A DNA stretch of 64,000 bases. Source: Malacoraja senta (taxonomy: Eukaryota). The notes under the pieces are model-generated. The model made no database searches. It was not told the origin of the DNA and was given only the letters and a program-made list of their open reading frames with translations. Positions 49,724 to 63,058 of this stretch are shown piece after piece (position 1 is the stretch's first letter; every line of letters begins with the position of its first letter). The stretch spans positions 9,548,001-9,612,000 of the forward strand of contig CM075990.1 of NCBI GenBank assembly GCA_038087875.1, given 5' to 3'. Position numbers and translations under genes: made by a program.

Positions 49724-51257
49724 GGTAGTGATACGACAGTATCTCCAAATGTGGCTTGGTGTTCATTTTTATCTGATTACATTCTGTGAAGTGCCAAAAT
49801 ATTTTATTCTCCTATGAGTTAAATTAATACAAGTAGTTGTTGAAACCTACCTCACTCATTCACAGTGTTGCTCTAATATGATGCTGATAATAAGATTAAT
49901 TGAACTGGGAAATGTACTCAGAAATATAATGAGTATCAATTAGGACACAGGCAGCAGGGATTAGATGAAATTAAGTTTAAAAATGATCGAACAAAAGCAT
50001 GAACGGTAGTAGATAAATTGGGGCAGTGACAGGTAATGTTGCAGTGAATTAATTTGCAAGACAGATCAATATGTGGTCACCAGCGCAGTTCATAATTAGA
50101 TAAGGCACACAGATTGCACATTCTCAAAATGTTTTCACTCGTTGAAGGATCAATTAAATGGATTATTTTGAGAAGATGAACTAGAGTGAAAAATAAAGGA
50201 ACAATTAAGTATTTTAGAAGCTTGCAAAGCAATAAAAAAAAACCCTCAAGATTACAACATTTATTATGCTCCTCGACAATCTCCTATAACTATTTGTAAA
50301 TTTAGCACAAAATTACAAAGGGCATATTGAAAACATATTTTCTGAGGACTGCTCTCATTTATTGCTAAATATTGTTCCCACAATTAATTACAGATTTGCC
50401 CCACATCTTGTGACGGTACTGGATTTTATTTGTTTTTGGGTAGGGGTAAGGTCACTTTCAATCAGCAGATGGAAAGAAAAGGTCATCCTTTCCTCGGCTG
50501 AATGCTTGACAGAGAATTTGAATATGAGGCATGCAGTTCTGACTATGGGAAAGGTGAGAAGCTCTTCGGACATTGCTTGCTAGCATTTTGGCTTGATCGA
50601 TGGTGACATCACCTGGCTCAGTTAACAGAGTATTATCTGTGGACACAGGCACTGTTCATCCATTGCCATAGTCTCTGAAGGACTGTTCTTTAAATCAGAG
50701 CTTGAACCGAGTTCCTGTCTGCTTGTTGGAATGAGTGGAAATAGTGATATGGGATTTGATATGGGAAAGCACAGCTGCTGAATCCTTGCCAGAGAGCATT
50801 CCCAGTGCTCAGTACTTCATAGAGACTTAAGGCAGAGCAACATGTCTCTTGGTTAAACACTTCGTATGCTTTAGTTTAGTTTAGTTCATTATCACTGAGA
50901 TGTAGTGAAAAGCTTTTGGTGCATGCACATTTTGGCTTTTTGACTAATTTTGCCTGTGCCAACTCTTTGAAAGAAATATCCAATTTATTCCACTTCCTGT
51001 ATTCCATTACCAGAACACTGCATATTTTTCCTTTTCACATATTTGTTCATTTCCCTGTTGTAACTTCTGCTTTCACAAATTTTGCATTGAAAACAATCCT
51101 CCTTTTCTCATTTTTGGGGCCAATTTCTGCAAAAACATCAGATCACATTCTCAAGACATTTATTTTGAGATTAAATAATTTAGTTTCATTTTCATTTTAT
51201 GAATGTCAATCTGCCCTTAGAATGATGGAATTTCCCAAGAACTACTCAGATCAGATA

Positions 51258-51543
51258 GGGGCAGCACAGTGGTGCAGCGGTATTGCTGCTGGGTTTGATC
51301 CCGACTATGGGTGCTGTCTGTATGGAGTTTGTACGTTCTTCCTGTGACCGCGTAGGTTTTCTCAGTGATCTTCGATTTCCACCCACACTCTAAAGACGTA
51401 CAGGTTTGTAGGTTAATTGACAGTATAAGTGTAAATTGTCCTTAGCATGTGTAGGATCGTGTTAATGTCTGTGGATCGCTGGTCGGCTCGGACTCAGTGG
51501 GCAGAAAGGCCTATTTCCGCGCTGTATCTCTAAACAAAACTAA
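51258..51543 (+). mobile_element. V-SINE (HE1-like)
   Basis: Same family as the 25364 and 28025 copies. Confidence 0.85.
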
Positions 51544-51609
51544 TATCACATCCAGTAAAGGAGCAGCCTCGTTAAGCCCCGATCACTGGTATTTTGATAA
51601 GCCCTTCTA

Positions 51610-53246
51610 CGGTGCACTCCATAATGTTTGGGACAAAGAACCATCATTTATTTATTTGCCTCTATACTCCACAATTTGAGATTTGTAATAGAAAAACTCA
51701 CATGTGGTTAAACTGCACATTGTCAGATTATAATAAAGGCCATTTTTATACATTTTGGTTTCACCCTGTAGATATTACAGCAGTGTTTATAGTCCCCCCC
51801 CCGTCCCCCCCCCCATTTCAGGGCACCATAATGTTTGGGAAACAGCAATGTCATGTAAATGAAAGTAGTCATGTTTAGTATTTTGTTGCATATCCTTTGC
51901 ATGCAATGACTGTTTGAAGTCTGCGATTCATGGACATCACCAGTTGCTGGGGGTCTTCTCTGGTGATGCTCTGCCAGGCCTGTAGATTCAAGAATCAAGA
52001 GAGTTTATTGTCATGTGTCCCTGATAGGACAATGACATTCTTGCTTTGCTTCAGCACAACTAGTAGGCATGACTACAGAACAGATCAGTGTGTCCATATA
52101 CCATTGTATAAATATATACACACATGAATAAATAAACTGATAAAGTGCAAATAACAGATAATGGGTTATTAATGTTCAGAGTTTTGTCCGAGCCAAGTTT
52201 AATAACCTGATGGCTGTGGGGAAGTAGCTATTCCTGAACCTGGTCGTTGCAGTCTTCATTATGCTACTACCATCAGCAGTTGTATCATCAATGAAGATAA
52301 GTGAGCCAGTACCTTCAGCAGCCATACATGCCCAGGCCATAACACCCCCACCACCGTGTTTCACAGATGAGGTGGTATGCTTTGGATCTTGGGCAGTTCC
52401 TTCTCTCCTCCATACTTTGTTCTTGCCATCACTCTGATATAAGTTAATCTTCGTCTCATCTGTCCACAAGACATTTTTCCAGAACTGTGGTTGCTCTTTT
52501 AAGTACTTCTTGGCAAACTGTAACCCGGCCATCCTATTTTTGCGGCTAACCAGTGGTTTGTATCTTGCAATGTAGCCTCTGTATTTCTGTTCATGAAGTC
52601 TTCTGCGGACAGTGGTCATAGCAAATCCACACCTAACTCCTGAAGAGTGTTTCTGAACTGTCGGACAGGTGTTTGGTGGTTTTTCTTTATGTCATCAGCT
52701 GTGGAGGTCTTCCTTGGCCTGCCAGTCCCTTTGCGATTAGTAAGCTCACCAGTGCTCTCTTTCTTCTTAATGATGTTCCAAACAGTTGATTTTGGTAAGA
52801 CTAAAGTTTGGCTGATGTCTTTAACAGTTTCATTCTCGTTTCTCAGTCTCATAACGGCTTCTTTGACTTTCATTGGCACAACTTTGGTCCTCATGTTGAT
52901 AAACGGCAATAAAAGTTTCCAATGGTGATGGAAAGACTGGAGGAATAACTAGATGCTGAGAGCTTTCTTATTAAGGAGGCAATTAAACATACCTGAGCAA
53001 TTACAAACACCAGTGAAGCCATGTGTCCCAAACATTATGGTGCCTTGAAATGGGGGGACTATGTATAAACACAGCTGTAATTTCTACATGGCGAAACCAA
53101 AATGTGTAAAAATGGCCTTTAATAAAATTCGGCAATGTGCACTTTAACCACATGTGATTTTTTTCTATTGCAAATCTTAAATTGTGGAGTACAGAGGTAA
53201 ATAAATAAATGATGGATCTTTGTCCCAAACATTATGGAGGCCACTG
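51610..53246 (-). mobile_element. Tc1 (IR/DR type) DNA transposon with defective transposase
   Basis: ~230-bp TIRs containing internal direct repeats (cataatgtttggga), TA TSD; GRPRKT, WKNVLWTDETKINL, VKHGGGGVMAWACM; C-terminus QAWQSITRE...MSMNRRLQTVIACKGYATKY at ~51870-51984. Confidence 0.93.
51985..52258 (-). mobile_element. Rex1/Babar LINE 3' end nested in the Tc1 element
   Basis: KTATTRFRNSYFPTAIRLLN; tail catgacaataaactctcttgattcttgaatc. Confidence 0.85.
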
Positions 53247-53599
53247 TACATTTCTCTCCCTCAGCCATTTATCCATTTCCCTTTTAAATACCTTTCTGAA
53301 TTCTGCCTCCCCATTGTTTCTTGTCACAGCATCCCCCTGCGTTGAAACCTTTCCTAATCCCCCCACTTTTTCCATGACGTTTGTAAATTTATCCCCATAG
53401 TTACTGACATACCTACCAGTGGAAAGAGTTTGCTGCTATTTATAAATACCTTTGAACCCCTTGAACAGGTCTGCTCTTATAGCTGATTGTTCTTGTGAAA
53501 AGTGCAGCAACATCTCTCATGCCTCTTCACAATTAAATCCTCTCACTCCCAGGATCAAATGTTGAAACTGCACACTAAGATGGAACACTTGTACACATT

Positions 53600-54082
53600 A
53601 CAAATGGTAAGGCTGCATTTGGACTATATTGTTCAGTTTTGGTCACTCTGCTATAGGAAGGATGTTGTTAAGCTGTAAAGAGTACAGAGATGAATTATGA
53701 GGATGTTGCCAGGACTTGAGGGTCAGAGCTATAGGGAGAAGTTGGGCAGGCTGGGACTTTATTCATGGAGCACAGGAGGATGAGGGTGACCTTATAGAGG
53801 TATTTAACATCTTGAGGGATATGCAGTCTTTTGCCCAGAGTTGGGAAATCAAGCTACAGGTTTGTGAGAGGGGAAAGAACTAATAGGATGCTGAGGGGCA
53901 CCTTTTCCACACAGAGCAAGGTGGATGCATGGAATGGGCTGCCAGAGGAAGTAGTTGAGGCAAGTACTATAACATTTAAAATACATTTGGACATGTACAA
54001 TAATAGGAAAGGTTTAGAGGGACGTAGGGCAAATGCAGGGAGGTGGGACAAGTGTAGATGGTGTATCTGTTGTATGACTCTA
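53600..54082 (+). mobile_element. CR1 3' fragment
   Basis: ggtaaggctgcatttggac...gttcagttttggtcac...ggtgaccttatagaggt...tggaatgggctgccagagga. Confidence 0.8.
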
Positions 54083-55742
54083 AATGTCAAGTTTAAATGA
54101 GCCATCTGCCTCCAAACATATGAATTCTCTATAGAGTTGAGTTATGACTAATTTTATAATATTATGAACCAAATGACCAATTTATACTTGGCAGGTAATG
54201 CATCGCCTCCTTGTAGATCTGCTTGATTCTCAACACATTGACAATTAAAATAATGTATAATTTGTGTAATTTGTGTCCATTTGTGTATGTCCATTTACAC
54301 CACTAGATTATTACCTAGGCGGGACAGGTGCAAGTTACACTCCATGTGTGATCAGTAATCAAGAAATCAGGTCAAAATTGTCAGTCAGAACTATATTTAG
54401 CTCAACAGAATGTTCTTTCATATCATGAAATGCCACCTAGCTAGTCCCAAAGGCAACCTCGTGCATTGAGTATGCAATGACTCACACAGCTCTGTGTGTG
54501 GTGTCAGATGTGGAGATGGTGTTGAAAGCTCTATGGTTGAACTAAAAATTGTTTAAGTCCACAAAAATAATGAAATGACCTTATGACATGTTGATTATTT
54601 CTCAGCACTTTCTTCTATAAGCTAAATTATAATATTAAAGTGTGTTTAGGTTTTTTGTCAGGTAATGATTCAGGATTGAGAAGGACTTGCTTCCACCTCT
54701 ACTTATGGTTCTGAGGTGACAGGTCAATGTGAGAACAGCATAATCTTTCATAGTTGGGCAAGAGGTTCTTGACAGTATGGGTGTTGGGTAGTTTGTGGGG
54801 TGATGTGCTCCTTTCACCTATCACGTTGGGTTTCTTTGTGCTCCCAACACATGGACCTGCGGTTCTGATTACTATTTTGATTCCTCCTTTTCCATTTCAA
54901 GTGCTCATGGGCCAAATATTCCTGAAGTCAATGGAATGTTGCAGTTTTTTGAGGAGACTGATCATATCCTTGAATCTTTTCTTCTCTCAACATGGAAATC
55001 AGGTTCATGTCTATTTAGCCAATAGCCATAAATGATGAATCTGATGTTAGCATGCATTCATAATAATTATGGTATTCTTTAAGAACATAAAAAGTAGGAT
55101 TCGGAGGAAATCCTGTGGCTTCTTGAAACTATTCCAACATTCATTGTGGCTGATCCCCTCCCTGATCCACTCTCATACTTCATCTCTGTGGTCCAAACAT
55201 CTATCAGAATTCATCTTGATTTTACTCAATCACTGAAAATCCAAAGCCCACCAGTTCAATGTAGTTATTCCCCATAAGTAGTTTACCATGAGTCTATGTC
55301 CCCTTGCTCCAGAACATTCTGTGCTTCTTGAGAAATGAATTAATCTCACCTGTACCATTTAATCTCTTGCTTGGTTATATTAGCAAAGATTCCATTTCCC
55401 AAAGTAAACAAATAAATACTGATTGCTGTGGAATCAACGTTAACCTTCTTTGTTATGGAATCCTCAATCCACAATTCCCCAAATGCTTTGAATGTTTTAT
55501 AGTTTGTTTTGTGGATCTAGCTACCACTGGCAAGTCAGGCATCTATTGCCAATTCCGGACTACTTTTCAGGACGTAATGGTAAGCCACTTTCTTGAAACA
55601 CTGCTGGTGAATGTACTCTCACAATACTATATTAGGTTGGGAGGTAGGATGATGAATGAACCACAATATATTTTAAAATCTGGCTGGTGTGCAACTTGAA
55701 GAGTATAAGGTGTACCAAGGTACATGCTCTATTTGTTCTTAT

Positions 55743-56222
55743 TAGAGTCATTGAGTCATACAGCATGGAAACAGGACCTTCGGCTCAACTCTCCCACAAT
55801 GACCAAAATGCCCCATCTACACTAGTCCCACCTGCCTGCCGGCCCATATCCTTCTCAACCTTTCCTATCCATGTACCTGTTCAAATATATTTTGAGTGTC
55901 CTTATAATACCTGCCTCAATCACCCACTCTGGCAGCTTGTTCCTCATACCCAGCACCCTTTGTGTGAAAAGCCCCTCAGATCCCTAATAAATCTTTCCAC
56001 TCTCAACTTAAATTTATGCCGTCTGGTTCTTGATTGCCCTATTCTGCGTAAAGGACTCTGTGCATTTACCCGATCTACTCCCCTCATGATCTTATGTGGC
56101 GCTATTAGATCATCTTTCATCCTCCTGCTCCCCAAGGAATAAAGTCCTAGCCTGCTCAACCACTACTCAGGCCGTCAAGTCCTGGCAATATCCTTGTAAA
56201 TCTTCTCTGCACCCATTCCAGC
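55743..56222 (-). mobile_element. CR1 3' fragment
   Basis: LSRLGLYSLGSRRMKDDLI.PHKIMRGVDRV remnant plus tail. Confidence 0.8.
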
Positions 56223-56677
56223 TTATTTCTGCATCCTATCCAGCTTATTGATAGCCAAGGGTGCAGGTTTGGGTGGTACTATATCAGCATCATCCAGGGA
56301 AGTAACTGCACTCAATCACTTTGCATTGCCACAGGAGGGAATTAATATTTAGGCTTGTATATTGTGTACCATCAAGCCGGCAGCTTTGTCCTGTTGGGGT
56401 AGAGCTTCTTGAATATTATTAGAGCTGAACTGATCCAGGAAAGAAGAAAGTATTTGTTTCTGATCTAGACAGAAGAAATGTTTGTCCTTGCAGCTATGTG
56501 AGGATAATTTGAGAGTGAACAAGTCACCACTTTCTTGCACTTGCCAATTTCAGATAACTAGTCTGAAGGCATTGCAGAGAAGACTTCTTGTAGAACCCAA
56601 TTCTATTTGCTAATGCTACAGCGAAGCTTTTATATTGGAGGAGGTTTAGTGCAGTATTGAACAATTATAAGCTGTGT

Positions 56678-56752
56678 CAAGAGTCAAGTCAAGAGTGTTT
56701 TATTGTCATATGACCCGGACGGGACAATTAAATTCTTCTTTGCTGCAGCACA
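56678..56752 (-). mobile_element. Rex1-type LINE tail remnant
   Basis: gtcaagagtcaagtcaagagtgttttattgtcat. Confidence 0.55.
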
Positions 56753-56954
56753 TCAGAGAGAACAAGAGAACAAGAGAGAAAAAGAGTTTCTCTAAAGACT
56801 GCCTCATCCAATAAATATTGGAACCTCATCCATTATTCAATCATACTATAACCACACCATCTGTTGGGAGAGTGGAAGAGATTCTTCCCAAAGTCAACCA
56901 AGCCACCTGCAAGCCATGTGACTGAAGATGCCATGTGACTGACTTTACAGACCC

Positions 56955-57092
56955 AATGAACGTTCAAACCTACATGTTTTTGGAACATGGGAGGAAACTG
57001 GAGCACCTAGAGAAAACCCACATGGTCACAGGGAGAACATACAAACTCAGTACAGAGAGCACCCATAGTGAGGGTTTCTGCCACTGTGCCCA
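56955..57092 (-). mobile_element. Old V-SINE fragment
   Basis: gggaggaaactggagcacctagagaaaacccacatggtcacagggagaacatacaaactc. Confidence 0.7.
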
Positions 57093-57874
57093 GGGTGCAT
57101 TTTGTGGTGGGTGAACAGCGCTGGATACATAATGAAAACGATTTCTCTGTCCACCCTGAAGTTTGATCAGATCATTGTTGCACCCCTCTCAGAGAGTTGT
57201 TTTGTCATTTACAATACAACCCAATTAACCTACCTCCTCAGAATGACCTTGTCCCAAGGTGACAATCAACTAAGTTGCAGTTTGCTAATGCTTTCAGTTC
57301 ATCACGCAGCCAATTAACAAGCACCAGGCACCAACTTCCTTTTGTACTTTAAACTGAATAAGTGACTTTGAATTGCAAAAGGTGATTCCCAGCATAAGAA
57401 TGAGATTTAGTAAAAAAGCAAGATAAATAGCTGGGATAAATGGCCACCGACCCCTTGTAAATCTGACAAAATTCAAATGGTCCTAGCTGGGGTACGAGTG
57501 AAGCCTCATCAACCTTGCAGTAGCGTGAATTATAAGTGTGTTTTTGGAGACAAAGCAATGGGCAAATGCATGGAAATCAAGTAATCTTAGTCAAGAACAA
57601 GCTAGAGCTCAGAGAAATTCCACACTCGGCAGAGTCAGAAGCAGAAACCCAGAATACTGAGGATAATTGTTGCCTGATTGGTGTCTGACCACAGATTAGA
57701 GGTTTGATCTGAGGCTGTTCCAGTTTGTACACTCAGTTACGCATTGAACAGTACATTTATTTATTCATGAACAATGAAGGCCATTAAATCATACTTGAAA
57801 GACAGCGAGAATACAGCAGTTTCATTCTATTTTCTGGTTAACTGTTACTTGAAGCAGAAATGTTTTCATATAAG

Positions 57875-58100
57875 GAAAAAAATTGAATTTATCCAACAAC
57901 CTTTACAATCTCTGAATATCCTGAAGATTTTACTGCCAATGAAATACTTTGGTAATGTAGTTATTAGTGTGTGAATAAATGCAGCAGCCAATTTATACAG
58001 TATGATTCCACAAAGAGCAATGAGGCAAGTGATCAGATCATCTGTTGTTGTGATGTTGATTGATGGGTAATTACGGACCAAATCACAGGGGAAAGCAGAG
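57875..58100 (-). mobile_element. Deu-domain SINE 3' part
   Basis: gccaatgaaatactttg...gcagccaattt...gatgttgattgatggg, the reverse complement of the Deu/SacSINE1 3' region. Confidence 0.6.
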
Positions 58101-59106
58101 CTAAGGCTGACATTTCATCATTGGGGCATTGCTAGATTCATTTTATGATATGCTGAAGATAAAGCAGGAAATGTTTCCCTTTTAAAAAAATATATACTTG
58201 GAAATAGATGGCTGCAATCAAATGAAGTGAACTTGAAATGGTCTTATCGCATAACATAGCTGTCTGCTTTCTTTGGTTTCCCGTGATGCCAAGGTGACTC
58301 CTTACATGAGAATGAGATTTGGTAAAACGCAAGATAAATAGATGGGATAAATTGCCACTGACCCCTCATATGCATCATATGATCAGATGTGTCTCCAGTC
58401 TGGCAAATCAATCATAAGTAAACAGTCAAAGAAAGAGATTAGGGCTCATTAGATTGCTATCAATGGATGTCAGCGGCTTCAGAACAGCATTGAGCCAGGC
58501 TTTGGATGAAATGGAAGGCTATTCGATGAAGTCTAGGATGATGGTCAGGATGAGAGGCAAAGATAAATGAATCCACAACCTTCTCTTGACTGAAAGTGGT
58601 GCTCAGTCTTCCTTGTCAAGGGGTTGTGAAGAATTAATGAGCGTGACTTTCATAGGTGGGCTGTGGTTGATGCTGATAACAAGCAGATTGAACCCAAGAA
58701 CAAAAGGATTAGTCGCCCATGGTTGTTCTTGCTCACTTCTTGGTTTCTGGTTCCTAAGGAGAGCTCCCTCTGAGTCCTGTTTCTCATCTCCACTTCTTCT
58801 CTCCCCACCCCTTGATCTCTATGTCTTCTCACCACCTTCTCTCCTGTTTTGGTCGAATGTAAGGAGGCCGCGACAAATTTATGATCCATTTTCATTGTAT
58901 TATTTCTGGAAAAATAGGGTAAGCACCTGTTTGGCTCAAAAGGTACCATTCTCTGGTACCAGTAATTCACTGTGATGGAGGATCTTTCAATTTTAGGCTT
59001 CGGAATAGAATATAATTGGATTTTGTCCATGTGTTTTGTTTACAAGAGTTATAAAACAAGAAATGAGAATGGGTTCTGGGGAAATTTATTTTCAGCAACG
59101 CATTTA

Positions 59107-59446
59107 AGTGGTGCTGGTTTCTGACTGGCATGGTGAAGGATGCACCGCACATCTCTGTGCTCCATGCAGCTGGCAAGCTCCTCTTTTGTCTCTACACATG
59201 CGTCTTCCATCAACGTCTTCAGCATCATCTTGTTTGGCCGTCCCGGGTCATGTCTTCCATAGGTGGGTTCCCACAGCACAACCCTGTTTGCTGGCATTTC
59301 TGGGTGGTGGTGGCAGTGACCAGCGAGCCTCATCCTTCTCGACCTGATCTTCTCGGTCAGAGGTGGAATCTCCCCATAGAGCTCGGCGTTGGTGATGTGG
59401 TCCCTCCAACTGACATTTTGATAGCACGCCGGAAACCAGCACCACT
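59107..59446 (-). mobile_element. RTE-clade LINE 3' fragment flanked by a 15-bp inverted repeat
   Basis: NVSWRDHITNAELYG...RRMRLAGHC..HPE...LWEP..G...GRP. Confidence 0.75.
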
Positions 59447-60407
59447 GCGTCGCTAATGTTGTCAACGATTTAATAAAAAATAAATAAATAAAATATAACA
59501 TTTAAAATCGTCAACATATTTGTTACAGGATAATGAATGAGGTGAAAGGATTTGGTGTATTAATAAAGCGAAAGGCTCTCTGGCCTTCCAAAGACAGAGG
59601 TTGCGTGGAGAAAATTAATTTATCCTTTACTTCTTTGAGCTGTTGCATTGTTTTATATTAGCTCACCTCCTGAATATACAGTAATGCCAAATGCTCCCTC
59701 CCCACTCTGATGTCCTATTTTTGGATGGGGAACGCATACTGCAATAGTATTTATTTTTATCCAGTACCACATGCCATGGCATTCCGGAGCTCATTTCCAT
59801 CCACAAGCATTTTACACAGATTGGGACAGATTACTGTCGGGGAGGAGGCCAGGAGAATGGGAATGACTGGCAACGTGCCGATGGTCACGTAACCACAATG
59901 CCAGACAAAGCTATTATGGGTAAAATGGCGAGAGCAGGTGCAATCTTGATTTCAAGTGCTATATATGTGCAATCGACACCAATGTCAACAGCAGTAAGAT
60001 TTTGGCCAAGTCACTTAATGGACCATAATCTAAAATATGTAGGGTTGATTTAATTAAGAAACAGAGGGAGGAGTTGGCCGATAGCCTGCTCACTATTCCA
60101 AAAAATCACTATGGCTCTAACTGAGAATTCTTTTCAATGCAGATGGTGAAAATCTGAAACAAAATCACTGATGAGTGGTTCCCATATTCTCTGTTTTTAT
60201 TTTTGGAAAATCTAATATTGGTCAAAACACAATTTTCCTGCTCTCTTTGCAAAACCCTTGCTTCCTTGCACCACACATAGCTAGAGGCAAGGGACTGCAG
60301 ATGCTGGTTTTACAACAAAAAATGTGCTGGAGTAACTCAGCAGGTCAAGCAGCATCTCTGGAAGGCATGGATATGTGACTCATCTGAAGAAAGGTGTTAT
60401 TCTGAAG

Positions 60408-60900
60408 CCGATTCCCCAGCTCTAGATACCACCACTATGCAAAACATCCACTCAGCATTCACCCTGCTAATTCTCCTCAGAATCTTGTCTGTCTCAACAA
60501 GATCAACTCTCACTCTTCGAAACTCCAATGAGCACAGGCCCAATCTGCAAAACCTTTCTTCATATATCAACCCTTTCATTGCAGGAATCAACAGTGAACC
60601 ATCTCTGCACTGCCTACATGTAAATATATCCTTCCTTGACCATGAATACTGAAACCACATTAATACTCTGGTGCCCTATAAAGATGCATCACGAATTCCT
60701 GACCTTTGTAGTCCATACTCTGAAATAAAGGCCAATGTTCCCATTACTCTTCCTAACTACTTGCTGTCCGGCATACCACCCATTTGTGTTCCATGCACCA
60801 AGGCAACCCCTTAGCACACCATGGGGATTTGTAATCTCACTCCATTTAAATAATAATTTGCTATTTCATTTTTCCTTCTGAAATAGTCTCATATTTTCCT
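60408..60900 (-). mobile_element. Old CR1 fragment
   Basis: LIPAMKGLIYEERFCRLGLCSLEFRRVRVDLVETDKIL. Confidence 0.75.
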
Positions 60901-61867
60901 GTTATTTTCCATCAGCCAGTTTGTTACCTGCTCACTGTGCAATTTTCGAGGTGCTTTGTGTCCTTATCGTATCTTACATATCTTTCTAACATCGACAAAC
61001 TTTAATACAATAAGATCAGTCCCTTCACCCGAGTCATCAATGTTGATTGTACAGGTTGTCCCATGGTTATGGGCACTAAACCTAAGGATGTTCACACATA
61101 ATATTATTAAATTCAAAAGTCCAACGCACAGACAAGTCAATTTCCACAAACAACCCCTCTCTCCCTCTGTTTTTCATAGTTTTTTTTTAATACATCATTC
61201 TTATGTGCTTTTGATGCCTTTCTCTACAGTAGATTATTATATTGAGTGAATTTTGTGTATTTTCCAACATGGACAAAATCGACTAATAGATATCTGTAAA
61301 ATTGGAAACCATTCATTCCCCTGGACAGCCTGTAAATATTTGAAACCCCAGGCCTGAACACTGCCACACCCCCCTAGTGACTGACTGCCAGTCTGAAAAT
61401 GACCCAGGTCCTGAATTTATGTTTTCTATTTATTAGCCGCTCACCGATGCATGCCCATACATTAACCCCCATCCCATGCCTATTTGCCTTGTTCAATGAA
61501 CCTTTACATGGCACCTTATCGAATGCCTTCTGGAAATCCAAATCTACAGGTTCACCTCAATCCATTCTATTTGTTACATCCTCATTGTCCTTGCAGATTT
61601 GTCACATAAAATTTCCCTTGCCTCAAACTAAATTGACGCTGATTGTCTGACATTTTTTTAATTGTCCTGCTGTTACATCTTTAATAATGAATATCATGAA
61701 TAATGAAAATCATTTTCTCAATGACAAATATAATGTTAACTGGTCTAAAGTTTCCAACTTTCTGTCTCCTTTTTTGAATAGTGCCATTTTCCCTGTGATC
61801 CTTCAATCCACTGTGAATTCTCCAGCATCTATGGGGTTCTGGAGGGTTAAAACCCATGTATCCACTA

Positions 61868-62058
61868 AAGATAGACACAAAATGCTGGAGTAACTCAGCG
61901 GGTCAGGCAACATCAACAGAATGAGGCTGTAGAAGGGTCTCGACCCGAAACGTAACCTATTTCTTTTCTTCAGGGATGCTGCTTGACCCACTGAGTTATT
62001 CCAGCATTTTGTGTCTATCTTCAATGTAAACTAGCATCTGCAGTTCCTTTCTAAACAC
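61868..62058. mobile_element. Penelope pLTR inverted pair inserted in decayed CR1 sequence
   Basis: aagatagacacaaaatgctgga ... tccagcattttgtgtctatctt; core ctgtagaagggtctcgacccgaaacgta at 61927-61954. Confidence 0.75.
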
Positions 62059-62196
62059 CACGTATCCTAGGATCCAGGCCATCAGATCCAGAGGACTACT
62101 TCAATTTTGGCCCCATTAGTTTGCCTTGCAGCTTTACTGAGGTGATAGAGATTGTTTTTTCTTCCCTGCCTTATGCTGCTTGATTCTCAATTCTTA

Positions 62197-62409
62197 AGGG
62201 CCTGTCCCACTTGTGCGTCATTTACGCGACACGATGCACGATGCACATGTCGTGAAGCGCACGTGATGCGCGCATGGTGTGCATTACGCGCGCATGGTGT
62301 GTGGTGGCGTAAGCAGTGACGCGCACAGCGCCCCAGGATTTTGGGATTCACAAAATCTTCGCACGCCACCTGCGTGACGCGCAAATGACGCCCAAGTGGG
62401 ACAGGCCCT
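62197..62409. mobile_element. PIF/Harbinger-type MITE, complete
   Basis: TIR agggcctgtcccacttg / caagtgggacaggccct, extending to ~37 bp with few mismatches; TTA TSD on both sides. Confidence 0.9.
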
Positions 62410-62976
62410 TTATATTCACAGAGGGATAAAGCATGGAAACTGGCGCTTCCACTCTCCGAGTTCACAGTGACCTACAATATCCATTTATACCAACCCAACA
62501 TTAGCCCCATTTCTTTCTCCCCATATTAACTTTTCAGATTCTACTACTCATCTACGCACTGTTGGCAATTTCCATTGGACAATTAGCCTACCAACCTTTG
62601 GAATCACCTATCCGATAGCATTGTGATGTTACCTTCACTAGCACAGTTCAAGACTAACTTGCACGTGCTTTGAGGAAAGTGGAGCACCTGGAGGAATCCG
62701 TATGGTAACCAGGAATATGTACCAGAGCCCACACCAGAGCAACACATGGCACAAGACAGGTGACCACTGATTTTGGGGGCAATGAAAAAAGTGTGCAAAT
62801 AAATCATAGCTCTGTCTGTTCTCTGAGGTACAAGGTCCAAAGGCACATTTCAAAGTATACTAATTCTCCCTGGTATCCTTGTTGGTATTTATCTCACAAC
62901 CAACAGCTTAAAACACTTTGAGTCATTATTTGGTCATTACCTCTGTTACTAGGGTTTGTTCTTCATCTCCAGCACT

Positions 62977-63058
62977 TCCCTCTCCATCCCCTTCCCTCTC
63001 CCTCCCCTCCCCTCCCCTCTCCCTCCCCCTCCCCTCCCCTCTCCCTCCCCTCCCCTCC
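62977..63058. repeat. Polypyrimidine (CCCT/CCCCT)n tract
   Basis: Directly visible. Confidence 0.9.
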
